DNA from: Sulfolobales archaeon
GTDB lineage: Archaea; Thermoproteota; Thermoprotei_A; Sulfolobales; AG1
Direction of reading: 5' to 3'
Assembly (NCBI GenBank): GCA_038867615.1
Contig: JAWBYA010000001.1
Location: forward strand, 64,001 to 128,000
DNA length: 64,000 bases
Within the stretch, counting starts at the first letter, position 1. Each line of letters opens with the position of its first letter. Below are positions 8,152-18,374 of this stretch, piece by piece. The notes below the pieces were generated by a model. That model was given only the letters and a program-made list of their open reading frames with translations, had not been told where the DNA came from and did no database searches. A program made the position numbers and the translations under genes.

Positions 8152-9993
8152 ATGGGTGAGGCTAGGAGGCTTAGATCGCCTATAGTCGTTGTCCTAGGAC
8201 ATGTGGATCATGGGAAAACCACTCTGCTCGATAAGATAAGGGGGACCGCTGTTGTTAAGAAAGAGCCTGGGGAGATGACGCAGCATGTTGGTGCTAGTTT
8301 TGTCCCAACCCATGTTATAGAATCGATAGCAGAGCCTCTCAAGAAGTTCATAAGATTTAGGCTGAGGATACCGGGGCTTCTGTTTATAGACACGCCTGGG
8401 CATGAGGCTTTTGCTAATCTAAGGCGTAGGGGCGGATCTATAGCTGATCTGGCGGTTCTTGTTATAGATATAATAGATGGTGTCAAGCCCCAAACTATAG
8501 AGAGCATAGAGATCCTTAAGGATAGGAGCGTACCATTTGTGGTTGCTGCCAACAAGATAGACAGGATACAAGGTTGGAGATCCTTCGAAGACACACCGTT
8601 TATGGAGAGCAGTAAAAAGCAGGATAAAAGGGTGCTTGAGGCTCTTGATAGAAATATATACTCGATCGTGGGTAGCCTCTCCAGCCTGGGAATAGAGGCT
8701 GAGAGGTTCGATAGGGTGAGGGATTTTAGAAAGACAACCCCCATAGTCCCAGTCTCGGCTAAAACAGGCGAGGGCTTGCCAGAACTACTAGCAGTTCTCG
8801 CCGGGATAGCGCAGCAGTATCTGGAGGAGAGGCTAGTCTATGCCGAAGGCCCTGCCAAGGGGGTTGTACTCGAGGTTAAGGAGGAGCAGGGTCTCGGAAC
8901 AACTATAGATGCTATAATATATGATGGTGTTATGAAGAGAGGAGACTTAATAGTGCTCGGAGGGTTTGATGGAGCTATAATTACGAAGGTCAGAGCACTC
9001 CTACTACCAAAACCCCTGGATGAGATGAGGGCTCCCACAGATAGGTTTAACAATGTTGAGGAGGTATATGCTGCTGCAGGTGTTAAGATCTCGGCCCCTA
9101 ATCTTGAGAAAGCGATAGCCGGGTCTCCTATCCTTGTTGCCCAGAGCGAGGAGGAGGCTAAGATCCTTGCTGCTAAAATCGCCGAGGAGATAGGATCCCT
9201 GAGGATCTCCTCCCAAGATACTCTAGGGCTTGTGGTTAAGGCAGACACCCTGGGAACCCTTGAAGCCCTTGTATCGATGCTTAAGAAGAGGAACATACCT
9301 ATCAGGATCGCTGATGTGGGGCCGCTATCTAAGAGGGAGGCTATAGAGGCTGCAGTGGTTTCTAAGGATAATAGATACCTAGGCGCTGTTCTCCTCTTCA
9401 ACGTTGGTGTTAACAGCGACGCCGAAGAGATCCTCAGGGGATCTGGTGTGAAGCTATTCCAGGGAAACATAATTTATAGATTGGTTGAGGATTACATCGA
9501 GTGGGTTAATGAGGAGAAGAGGAAGGAGAGGGAGAGGGAGCTAGAGAAGCTTGTGAGAGCTGGTAAGATAAGGATCATACCGGGCTATGTGTTCAGAAGA
9601 AGCGATCCAGCAATAGTTGGTGTAGAGATCCTCGGGGGAGTTATAAGACCCGGCTACCCCCTAATGAGAGAGGATGGTAGAAGCCTTGGAACTATAATGC
9701 AGATCCAGGATGCTGGGAAAACCATAAATATAGCTAGGACAGGGATGTCGGTTGCGATCTCTATCAGGGGTAATATATTGGTAGGGAGGCATGTGAACGA
9801 GGGCGACATAATATATACAGATATCCCTGAGAATCATGTGAACGAGCTTGTAGATCGATTCGCACAGGATCTCAGCAACGACGAATTATTAGTTCTAAAA
9901 GAAATAGTAGAGATAAAGAGAAAAAGTAACAAGCTATTCGCAACATCATCCTATATAAAGCTCCTACAAATCATCGGTAAAGGTGCGAAATAG
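8152..9993 (+). CDS. infB: Translation initiation factor aIF5B (IF-2)
   Basis: LRSPIVVVLGHVDHGKTTLLD, DTPGHEAF, NKID and VFRRSDPAIVGV. Confidence 0.97.
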   Translation: MGEARRLRSPIVVVLGHVDHGKTTLLDKIRGTAVVKKEPGEMTQHVGASFVPTHVIESIAEPLKKFIRFRLRIPGLLFIDTPGHEAFANLRRRGGSIADLAVLVIDIIDGVKPQTIESIEILKDRSVPFVVAANKIDRIQGWRSFEDTPFMESSKKQDKRVLEALDRNIYSIVGSLSSLGIEAERFDRVRDFRKTTPIVPVSAKTGEGLPELLAVLAGIAQQYLEERLVYAEGPAKGVVLEVKEEQGLGTTIDAIIYDGVMKRGDLIVLGGFDGAIITKVRALLLPKPLDEMRAPTDRFNNVEEVYAAAGVKISAPNLEKAIAGSPILVAQSEEEAKILAAKIAEEIGSLRISSQDTLGLVVKADTLGTLEALVSMLKKRNIPIRIADVGPLSKREAIEAAVVSKDNRYLGAVLLFNVGVNSDAEEILRGSGVKLFQGNIIYRLVEDYIEWVNEEKRKERERELEKLVRAGKIRIIPGYVFRRSDPAIVGVEILGGVIRPGYPLMREDGRSLGTIMQIQDAGKTINIARTGMSVAISIRGNILVGRHVNEGDIIYTDIPENHVNELVDRFAQDLSNDELLVLKEIVEIKRKSNKLFATSSYIKLLQIIGKGAK

Positions 9994-10201
9994 CCTAGAT
10001 AAGAGACAGGTCTTTTCACTCTGCCTGTTAAGGATATAAAGATCCATCGATTAATATCTAGGGCTAGACAGATAGTTTGCACAATATATGGGGATCGGGC
10101 TGTTTTCTTTTTGATATATATAGGGAGGATTAATAGGTTTTGGAAATTTTCATGGATATTGGGGCATGCCTGGAGGCTGCTTTCCCACCAACACCTGGGT
10201 A

Positions 10202-10440
10202 TTTATAATCCTTGAAAGATATTATTCCCGGTGTGGGTCTCCCCACACAAGCCCTGGGTGGTGATGGGAGCAGTGTTCCAAGCCATCCGGGGCAAAGCTA
10301 GATGGGAGCCACATGCCGTTTGGCTCGACGGCCGCCCATGACCCTGCAGGATCAGAGATCCTGTGGGTAGAGGTGGAAGTCCCTGGATAAGACCATGAAC
10401 AAATATAAAATGATTGGAATGAAAATCCAGGGACAAACGG
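10202..10440 (+). mobile_element. Non-autonomous TnpB-element relic, family 2 copy 1 (promoter + omega-RNA-like segment + right end)
   Basis: TTTATAAT at 10202; hairpin GTGTGGG-tctc-CCCACAC at 10231-10248; a frame reading GSHMPFGSTAAHDP, like crenarchaeal TnpB tails as recalled; 10-bp stem GTCCCTGGAT/ATCCAGGGAC at 10379-10434; ends AAACGG. Homologous to 50453-50572. Confidence 0.6.
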
Positions 10441-10458
10441 GAGTAGAGAAAAAGCTAG

Positions 10459-11415
10459 CTATCCTAGATATTTTGGAGGTATCTGGGCTATGTTTTTTCT
10501 TATAGCATCCACGCTCTCGTCTAGGAGTTGTTTCTCTCTATCGTTGAGCGGTAGTTCTATGATCTTCTTAATACCGCCTTTTCCGAGGACTACTGGTACG
10601 TTTACACAGACATCTTTATAGCCGTACTCTCCGTTTAGGCAGGCGCTGGCTAGGAAGACCTTGTTCTGATCCTTCTTCACAGCCTCAGACATTATGGCTA
10701 GACCAGCTCCTGGACCATAGCTGGAGCTATAACCCCTAAGCTCTATTATCCTAGCACCAGCCTGTATAGTCTCTTTGGTAATCTCCTCCACATCCTTCTC
10801 GCTAAGAACCTCTGTTAGGGGCTTCCCCATGACTGTTGATAGTCTTGGAAGTGGGAGCATCTTCTCACCATGCTGCCCTATAACTATCGCCTCTATAGAT
10901 GCGGGGGATATGGAGAGCTTTCTAGATATATAGTACTTCATCCTACCAGAGTCGAGAACACCGCTGAAGCCTATGATCCTCTCGCGCGGGAAGCCTGTTG
11001 CCTTATATAGCAGGTATACCATGGCATCAAGTGGGTTGGTGGTTATCATGTTAACGGAGTTTGGCGCGTATTCAGCAACATTTCTAGCTATGTCTACAAC
11101 AACCTCAGCGTTCTTGGCAACAAGCTCCTCTCTAGTCATCCCAGGGCCTCTTGGAAAACCGGCAGTTATCAGGACGATGTCAGCACCACTTATATCCTTG
11201 TAATCATTAGAGCCTGTAACGCTCACACTCTTACCAAGTATAGATAGAGCATGAGCTAGATCTAGGGCCTCACCCTGAGGCCTCCCCTTAATTATATCTA
11301 CCAAGACTATATCGTCAAGCTCCATCATCGATATATAGATCGCTGCTGCAACACCAACTCTCCCAGCACCTATTATTGCAATCACACCAAAGCACCCCAT
11401 GTACAATTCGTTCAA
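10459..11415 (-). CDS. mdh: Malate dehydrogenase (LDH-like MDH)
   Basis: IIGAGRVG, ITAGFPRGPGMTREEL, TNPLD, LDSGR and GQHG. Confidence 0.93.
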   Translation of the reverse strand: MNELYMGCFGVIAIIGAGRVGVAAAIYISMMELDDIVLVDIIKGRPQGEALDLAHALSILGKSVSVTGSNDYKDISGADIVLITAGFPRGPGMTREELVAKNAEVVVDIARNVAEYAPNSVNMITTNPLDAMVYLLYKATGFPRERIIGFSGVLDSGRMKYYISRKLSISPASIEAIVIGQHGEKMLPLPRLSTVMGKPLTEVLSEKDVEEITKETIQAGARIIELRGYSSSYGPGAGLAIMSEAVKKDQNKVFLASACLNGEYGYKDVCVNVPVVLGKGGIKKIIELPLNDREKQLLDESVDAIRKNIAQIPPKYLG

Positions 11416-11613
11416 ACTAATATAAATTAGGTTATATTGATTTGACTCTAATGAAACCGCGTGTCTGGTTGCAGGTTTGCGGCATAATATAGCATGATCA
11501 GTGGGTTGCTATTTTTATACCGGGAATCGCTGGATCTATCTATAAGTTTTGGATTATAGTGATTAATACTGGCTAATATTAACTCTTGAGTGTAGATTTA
11601 TTATTGGTGGAGC

Positions 11614-12816
11614 ATGTTCATTAAATTTGATGGCATAGTAATATTATCTGCTGTGAGAACCCCTATAGGTAAGTTTGGAAGAACGCTAAGGGATCTAAAG
11701 GCATCGGAGCTGGGATCCATAGCTATAAGGGAGGCTGTTTCAAGGGCCGATATAGATCCAGAGGATATAGGGTTCATAGCCATGGGGAACGTGATAAGGG
11801 CTGGAGGCGGTATGTTGACATCAAAGCAGGCAGCAATACTGGCAGGGCTTCCACCAACGATAGATTGTATGAATATAGATATGGTGTGCTCCTCGGGCAT
11901 GGCATCTATAGCTACAGCTGCGTTATATCTCGATAAGGGGGCTGCAAAGATAGCCATAGCTGGCGGTATGGAGAGCATGAGCAGCTCGCCCTACTTGATA
12001 CCATCACAGACTAGATGGGGGGTTCCACACCTAACCAATAGGAGCCTTAGTATAGCGGATGCAATGCTCGTAGACGGGTTGATAGACCCGTTCACTGGGT
12101 ATCATATGGGCAAGATAGCGGATCTCTATGCGAGAAGGGTTGGAGCGTCTAGAGAGGATCTGGATCTCATAGCCCTTGAGAGCCATATGAGGGCTGCTAA
12201 AGCGAGAGACGCCGGGATCTTCTCTAGAGAGATAGTACCTGTAAGGGTTTCTAGAAACGGGGCTGAGGTTTATCTCGATAGGGATGAGGGGATCAGGGAT
12301 GATGTGTCTCTCGACAGACTTAGATCTCTAAACCCTGTATTCACGCCAGAGGGTCCCCACACCGCGGGAAGCTCTTCCCAGTTGAGTGATGGGGCTGCGG
12401 CTCTCGTCCTGGCTAGGGAGGACTATGCTAGGGAGAGGGGTTATAAGCCTCTCGCAAGACTTATAGCGTATTCGAGTGTTGATACAAAGTCTGAGGATTT
12501 CCCATGGGCTCCTGTCCCTGCTGTTAAGGAGCTCGTCAAAGGCCTAGGGATCGAGCTCTCATCTGTGGATCTCTATGAGAATAACGAGGCTTTCGCGGTA
12601 TCCACATATATATTTGTGAAGGATCTCGGGATCTCTATGTCGAGGCTTAATGTCCATGGAGGCGCAATAGCCCTTGGCCACCCGTTGGGAGCGACGGGGG
12701 CGAGGCTAACAACAACTTTGATCAATGCTCTGAGGATAAGGGGTGGTAGGAGGGGTATAGCCTCGATGTGCCATGGTTTGGGAGGAGGCACTGCTCTGAT
12801 GATCGAGCTTCTCTGA
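11614..12816 (+). CDS. Acetyl-CoA C-acyltransferase (thiolase)
   Basis: RTPIGKF, VCSSG (catalytic Cys), NEAFA, GAIALGHPLGATG and MCHGLGGG. Confidence 0.95.
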   Translation: MFIKFDGIVILSAVRTPIGKFGRTLRDLKASELGSIAIREAVSRADIDPEDIGFIAMGNVIRAGGGMLTSKQAAILAGLPPTIDCMNIDMVCSSGMASIATAALYLDKGAAKIAIAGGMESMSSSPYLIPSQTRWGVPHLTNRSLSIADAMLVDGLIDPFTGYHMGKIADLYARRVGASREDLDLIALESHMRAAKARDAGIFSREIVPVRVSRNGAEVYLDRDEGIRDDVSLDRLRSLNPVFTPEGPHTAGSSSQLSDGAAALVLAREDYARERGYKPLARLIAYSSVDTKSEDFPWAPVPAVKELVKGLGIELSSVDLYENNEAFAVSTYIFVKDLGISMSRLNVHGGAIALGHPLGATGARLTTTLINALRIRGGRRGIASMCHGLGGGTALMIELL

Positions 12817-12820
12817 CCGG

Positions 12821-13102
12821 CTAGGCTTCTTGTTCTTGTTCAGGGCCCTCCGGCTTTTTCCCAGATCCGCATCTCTGCCTCTCAAGGCTGAAGATCGTTG
12901 GTGAGATCCACATTATCCAGGCTGGCACTTTTTTCACAAACTCGTATGCCTGTTCCCAGCTCTCAAGCCCGAGATCCTGGGCTAATCTCTCAAGGCTATA
13001 CTCCATCTTGACATAGTTATTCAGGATCCTCACTATATCTTCGTTAACCTCTATCCTCTTACCCCCAACCTCAACATATATCGGGTCGCACAGCGAGCTC
13101 AA
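12821..13102 (-). CDS. Small hypothetical protein
   Basis: 93-aa ORF with ordinary codon usage, downstream of spt5. Confidence 0.7.
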   Translation of the reverse strand: MSSLCDPIYVEVGGKRIEVNEDIVRILNNYVKMEYSLERLAQDLGLESWEQAYEFVKKVPAWIMWISPTIFSLERQRCGSGKKPEGPEQEQEA

Positions 13103-13173
13103 TGGGAAACCCTCGTGCTAGTTTATACGGATAAGAGCCTATAAAGATAACACACGATCCCAAAGATGTATGT

Positions 13174-13677
13174 CTATTGCTGCTTCAGAGGCTTGAGATA
13201 CTCTGCAGGGACTGTTATGTTCATGGGGAACTGGGACTCAACTATGGCTACTGTAACCTCCATCCTACTCCTATCAATACTCTGTATTGTTCCTCTAAGC
13301 CCTCTAAAGGGGCCTGCGATGATCTCTACTATCATTTTCTCCTTAAGCTCCTCTATTATTGGGACTGGTTTGAGCATCACCTCGAGATCCTTGAAGCTAA
13401 CAGCTCCTGCAGCCTTCCCCTTAACATGCTTTATATCCTTCACAGCCTGGTAGACCATGTGGAGGCTGGGAACCTCTAGGATTATGTAACCCTTTATACC
13501 TGGGGGCACTACGATAGCTCTCACATCTATCTTTCTCCCACCGGTGGTTTTAGACGATTCTACAAGCATCTCGATCATTAGGGCTACGTTTCCCTCCTGC
13601 CCTCCTGTTGTCCTCATAGCGAACAGCTGTGTTATGCCCTTCTTCTCGGTCTTCTCTCCCTCGTCTTGTGTGCTCAA
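13174..13677 (-). CDS. spt5: Transcription elongation factor Spt5 (NusG family)
   Basis: FAMRTTGGQEGNVA NGN domain, KGYIILE and KOW motif VEIIAGPFRG. Confidence 0.95.
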   Translation of the reverse strand: MSTQDEGEKTEKKGITQLFAMRTTGGQEGNVALMIEMLVESSKTTGGRKIDVRAIVVPPGIKGYIILEVPSLHMVYQAVKDIKHVKGKAAGAVSFKDLEVMLKPVPIIEELKEKMIVEIIAGPFRGLRGTIQSIDRSRMEVTVAIVESQFPMNITVPAEYLKPLKQQ

Positions 13678-13847
13678 CCTGTACCACCGCTTAGCATGAA
13701 TATAACTATGGATCTTATTGTGAACGCTATTGTACCTACGAGGAAGAGTCCTAGAAATATTATTTTCAGGAATAGCCTGTACTCTTCATCATCAGGCCTC
13801 CTAGCCAGCTCAAGGATCTTTTTCCATGTCTCGATTATGGATGACAT
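13674..13847 (-). CDS. secE: Preprotein translocase subunit SecE/Sec61-gamma (not in the ORF track)
   Basis: 57-aa ORF MSSIIETWKKILELARRPDDEEYRLFLKIIFLGLFLVGTIAF...; conserved secE-spt5 order with a 4-bp overlap. Confidence 0.9.
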   Translation of the reverse strand: MSSIIETWKKILELARRPDDEEYRLFLKIIFLGLFLVGTIAFTIRSIVIFMLSGGTG

Positions 13848-14193
13848 GGTGCTCTAAATAGAATATTGTATGGGGACTATAATAGCTTAACTCGGATCCG
13901 GGGTTCTTGCCAAATAATAAGAAAGATCTATATAAAGATCTATTAGGGTTCTGCTATGAATTGTTTTCATAGTATCCCTGGATTGGGGCGGGGGCTGTGC
14001 TCTAGTCAGTATAGAGAGTAGTCTCTCGGTAGATTAAGTTCAGCATCTATTGGGCTAGTAACAAATCAAGCTTCTGCGGTAGCAGAGATCTATGAAGGCT
14101 GGATAGATGTTCCTTGGAGAATATCGGGAAATATCTGGAGGCAGATGATACTTATTGCTCACATGGTTGGGAGAAGATCAACAATGATCATGG

Positions 14194-15273
14194 GTGCGTT
14201 TATCATTAATACCTGCTGGAAAATACTATTTGGGCTGTTTCTTGGAGAAGAGATCCCTTGCTGTTATGGTTGTAGGTATTGTTGCGTACCTTGTCTATAT
14301 ATTTGCTTATGTGGGGATAGAGAGGCTCATCTCTATCATGGCCAAGATCGATGCTGTGATGGTAGTGGTATCGATGATCTTTCTCCTCATATCGATCCTG
14401 CTCCATGGGCTTTCATGGCACGTATTGATTGGTGGAGAGATAAGAGGCGTTTCAAAGACGGTATCAGCTACAATTGCCAGCTTGTTCGCCTCGTATGTGA
14501 TACCGATAGGGGCTGCCTCAGAGCTGGTTAGGTTATTCATAGCTACAAGGTTTATCGGGATTGGTGTTGCTACCACAGTTCTATCAATACTTGCTCACAG
14601 GATCTCCACCACCTTAGCTCCGCTCATAGCCCTATTGTTCCTTATCATCTACCTCAGGGGGGATCTTGTTGTTGTTGAGAATGCGACTATAACCACCATA
14701 TTGGCGGTATACCTGGTCGTTATAGTGTTTCCAAACGTCCTTGCCATGGGCTTGATAAAAACCAGAATCTTTGAGAACTTGATGAGGAGGTATGAGAAAT
14801 ACCTCTCAAGGATCATTGGCGATGGTGTGCGTACTTTCTCAGAAGAGTATAGAAGATCTATGTCTGGCTTGATAAGCGGATCGAGATTTCCTCTAGCACT
14901 GATAATCTCGCTTATCGAGTGGCTCTTCCTGGTGATATCCATGTATGCGATCTTTGTAGCTCTTTCCTTGAACAGGGATCTAGTTATAGCCGCGGCATCG
15001 ATAATAATGATCCAGATCCTATGGTGGATATTACCAATATCATTCGCCGGGTCTATAGGGATCACAGATCTTTTGGCGTCTATAGCATATCAGCTCCTCA
15101 ACTTCGAGCCGGGGGCTTCTGCAAGCATAGTGGTTATATATAGATTGGTATCTCTAACATCACTATTGATCCTTCTCTATCCATCGCTAAAGATCCTTGG
15201 TATATATCCGCGCGAGATCAGAAGGATCTATAGAGAGAGCAGGGATATGAAGACGGATCAGGCAGGAGGTTGA
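14194..15273 (+). CDS. UPF0104 / lysylphosphatidylglycerol-synthase-TM (flippase-like) membrane protein
   Basis: About 8 TM helices; P.GAASELVR, P..AGSIGITD and IYRLVS. Confidence 0.8.
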   Translation: MRLSLIPAGKYYLGCFLEKRSLAVMVVGIVAYLVYIFAYVGIERLISIMAKIDAVMVVVSMIFLLISILLHGLSWHVLIGGEIRGVSKTVSATIASLFASYVIPIGAASELVRLFIATRFIGIGVATTVLSILAHRISTTLAPLIALLFLIIYLRGDLVVVENATITTILAVYLVVIVFPNVLAMGLIKTRIFENLMRRYEKYLSRIIGDGVRTFSEEYRRSMSGLISGSRFPLALIISLIEWLFLVISMYAIFVALSLNRDLVIAAASIIMIQILWWILPISFAGSIGITDLLASIAYQLLNFEPGASASIVVIYRLVSLTSLLILLYPSLKILGIYPREIRRIYRESRDMKTDQAGG

Positions 15274-16529
15274 TAAGATCTAGTACTCATGCTACATGGA
15301 ACAGCTCTGCTACCCTTATCAACGATACAGTATTCAACACCCCTCCACACAAACCTGCGCGAGATCCTTGCGGCGATGAGGATGGAGAGTATGAGGGGTG
15401 CTCTTAATGATGATATGACTATATATATGTATTTCCAGAGCTTCTTATCCCTCTCGATCTCGGGATCCTGGTAGATCGATCCTGGGCTATAGTTTCTCAG
15501 CGATATGAACGCTCTTACAGCCCCGATCAATATATAGCCGAGGATCAACACTGCCAATGGAACCAGGATCTCGAGGGGGGTTCCAATGAGGATCAGGATC
15601 ACTGGTAACAACAGAATCAGTGTGTTTATAGCATATATCAACATCAAGATCTTGAAGCCGAGCGGTGTATAGAGCCTTACTATGATCATCTGTCTCACAG
15701 CCCATCGATAAAAGCTCCTAAAACCTTTCTGGGCTGGTGTTAGAGATATGCATTTGCTGCAGAAAACAATCCTATAGCCATTTTTTCTCGCCTCTCTATT
15801 TATAACAGCATCGTCTGACAGCTCCTCTCTAAACTTCTCTTCCAAACCTAGGCTCTTCACAGCACTTAGGGGCATTGCTGTTAGACCGCCCCACACGATC
15901 CTCGTAATATTTATCCCCATATACTCGAATGCTATCGATGAGACAGTATTATATAATACAGAATATAGATCCCTAAGCAAGTACCACCTATACCCGGTAA
16001 CAATAGCGTCAAGAACGGAGGAGGCTTTAGATGCATAGAATATAGATCTCGGATGATGATAGGCGTCGCAATCAAGCATAACGATTACTTCACGCCCACT
16101 AGCGTTGCGATCGATACTCTTCAACCCTGTGATCAAGGCTCTATTCTTTCCCGAACACTCGGTACACTCATCGGTTTTACTGATAAGAACCTCTATATTA
16201 TCATCTCTACTTATATCCATACGTTTTAAGGGCTCAACATCATCACGCTCTATAACAATGATACCGTGATCTATATATCCAAGATCTCGGGATCTCCTGA
16301 GTGAGTTGATAGTATACAAAACCTCATCTCGCGAGGAGGCAGCGACTTTGCACGGAATGAGCGCTATGGATCTTGAATCATTTTGACCAGCCCTGAGCAA
16401 CGCTGCCTCTATACTCCTCATAGTAGCTACTATGCTCCTATAATTATATATCAGCTGGGCTGTCTGTACAACGAGCCCGAGGCTTATGAGTAATAATAGT
16501 AGCACGAGAAGGGCTATATTCAATGACAA
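15258..16529 (-). CDS. Membrane-bound GT-A glycosyltransferase (GT2/GT21, ceramide-glucosyltransferase-like)
   Basis: N-terminal TM, SGKNRAL, LDCD (DxD), TGYRWY, WGG, LSDD, RWAVRQ and a C-terminal WRG.Y. Confidence 0.8.
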   Translation of the reverse strand: MSLNIALLVLLLLLISLGLVVQTAQLIYNYRSIVATMRSIEAALLRAGQNDSRSIALIPCKVAASSRDEVLYTINSLRRSRDLGYIDHGIIVIERDDVEPLKRMDISRDDNIEVLISKTDECTECSGKNRALITGLKSIDRNASGREVIVMLDCDAYHHPRSIFYASKASSVLDAIVTGYRWYLLRDLYSVLYNTVSSIAFEYMGINITRIVWGGLTAMPLSAVKSLGLEEKFREELSDDAVINREARKNGYRIVFCSKCISLTPAQKGFRSFYRWAVRQMIIVRLYTPLGFKILMLIYAINTLILLLPVILILIGTPLEILVPLAVLILGYILIGAVRAFISLRNYSPGSIYQDPEIERDKKLWKYIYIVISSLRAPLILSILIAARISRRFVWRGVEYCIVDKGSRAVPCSMSTRSYQPPA

Positions 16530-16759
16530 GACCCCTCAGAATAAACTGTAGAGAAGCCCTATATCTATGTTTTCCTGGAATGGTCTATCGCTAGATCATA
16601 TTGCAAGCTTTACAGCAGGATTTATAGCCATAAACAGCCTGTTAATGACGAATACTGTTGACACTATTTTTTAAGTGTACATAATATTTGTTTATCAATA
16701 ATGCCAGTATCGTAACAGTAGAGAACTCTTGGGAACTATTGTAGCCGGGTCTGTTCTTG

Positions 16760-17962
16760 TTATTTGTTGAGTGTTTTTCTGATATATTCTGTTTTTATTC
16801 TCTGCATTATGTTTGGTATATCTATATGTAGTGGGCAGACCTCCCTACAGTTCCCCGCATGTATGCATAGCATGCTCAGGGGCCCCGCCTCCTCTACACC
16901 CTTAGTTATATAGAGCCACCCAACACCCATAGGCCCGTTATACGCTCCAGAACCCCATGAAGGCCCTATAGTCTGATAAACAGGACATTCTATTAGGCAC
17001 CTCCCGCATCTTATGCATCTAAGCATATCGGATAGCAAGGGGTCTTTGGAAAACCCCAACCTATTATTGTTTATGAAGACAACATGGTATTCTCTAGGAC
17101 CGTGGGCTCCATAGACCCTCTCATACTCGATATCGGCAGTAGAGCTTGGACCAGCTATAACATTTATATATGTTGGTGGGTATAGCCCAGCATATGCAGC
17201 CTGAACCATGGCTACCTTTAACGCATCCTCAAGCGTGGGGACTATCTTATCCACCGAGACAAGAACTATATGGATCTCGGGTAGCGCTGACGAAAGCCTA
17301 TTATTGCTCTCATTCTCTACGGTAACAGTGGCTCCTGTGTCTGCTGCGAAGGCATTGGCCCCAGTGATCCCTACGTCTGCTTTCACAAACTTCTCTCTGA
17401 GAAAGATCCTCACCCTCCTAACGATCTCGCTAGCCTCCATTTTCTCATTAACATCAACACCAACACTCCTAAGATATTCTGCTACAGAGGCTTTGGATAG
17501 ATGGACAGCAGGTATAACTGGGTGTGAGGGTCTCTCGCTCCCGGCTTGTAGTATTAGCATTCCTAGGTCTGTTTCCCACACCTCGTTTCCGAGTTTCTTT
17601 AGGTATTCGTTTATGCCTATCTCTTCAGAGATCATTGATTTGCCTTTGATCACTATCTTACCCTTACCAACAATCTCACCAACAATCCTCCTAGCATCCT
17701 CAGAAGACTCAGCATAATAAGCCCTACCACCAACCCTAACAACACTATCCATAGCCCTCCTCAAAAGAACCTCTAGATTCTCAATAGAATACCTCTTAAT
17801 CCTAGAAACCTCCTCAGCAAGATCCACAAGGTACGGATACCTCTCAAGAACGCTATAGACCTTCTCAGAGACTTTTGGGAGTATTGTTCTTAACAGCCTT
17901 CTAAGATCCTCGTTTTCGGAAGCTTTTGTTGCAGAACTTAGTACTTCTTCTAAACTTCTCAA
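16760..17962 (-). CDS. LutB-like LUD-domain/4Fe-4S protein
   Basis: KGKSMISEEI, ETDLG, PSHPVIPAVH, GITGAN, GPSSTADIE, CIRCGRCLIECPVY and CIHAGNCREVCP. Confidence 0.88.
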   Translation of the reverse strand: MRSLEEVLSSATKASENEDLRRLLRTILPKVSEKVYSVLERYPYLVDLAEEVSRIKRYSIENLEVLLRRAMDSVVRVGGRAYYAESSEDARRIVGEIVGKGKIVIKGKSMISEEIGINEYLKKLGNEVWETDLGMLILQAGSERPSHPVIPAVHLSKASVAEYLRSVGVDVNEKMEASEIVRRVRIFLREKFVKADVGITGANAFAADTGATVTVENESNNRLSSALPEIHIVLVSVDKIVPTLEDALKVAMVQAAYAGLYPPTYINVIAGPSSTADIEYERVYGAHGPREYHVVFINNNRLGFSKDPLLSDMLRCIRCGRCLIECPVYQTIGPSWGSGAYNGPMGVGWLYITKGVEEAGPLSMLCIHAGNCREVCPLHIDIPNIMQRIKTEYIRKTLNK

Positions 17963-18374
17963 GCTATCACCCAGGATTTATATCTACATAAGACTACGTT
18001 ATGGGAGGGTAAAAATTCTTATCTCGGTTATGATACAATTGTGTAGCAGGATCCATGTTTATCAAGAATAGTTAAACTCCATGAGTTCTTGGGATGATAT
18101 ATGAAAACCGTTTTTGCTTTCATGGAACTTTATCGTGGTGTATTTGATTTTCCTATAGACAAGCGCATGTTATGTGTATCTTACAAAGATCGGGGTATCT
18201 GTTGAAGAGAACAAGGATATAGCGATCCTGAATTGGTTGGTTAAGAACACCGGCTTCAAAGAAGCCACGTGGTTTGCGAGACAATAGGCGGTGGTTTGTA
18301 TTAAACAGTAACTATGAGGAGCTCTGTGGGCTGTGGATGTTATATACACATTAGCTTTGTTTGTGTGAAAGGTT

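Noticed and set aside
16620-16760. Weak matches to the family 1 left end (gccataaacagcctgtt; tgtagccgggtctgtt)
   Set aside because: Too short and degenerate, with no associated TATA, hairpin or right end.
18130-18310. Possible TnpB zinc-ribbon remnant (…EENKDIAILN…); similar hints at 21790-21995 and 46820-46930
   Set aside because: Only vague motif resemblance and no second copy in the window; needs tBLASTn.
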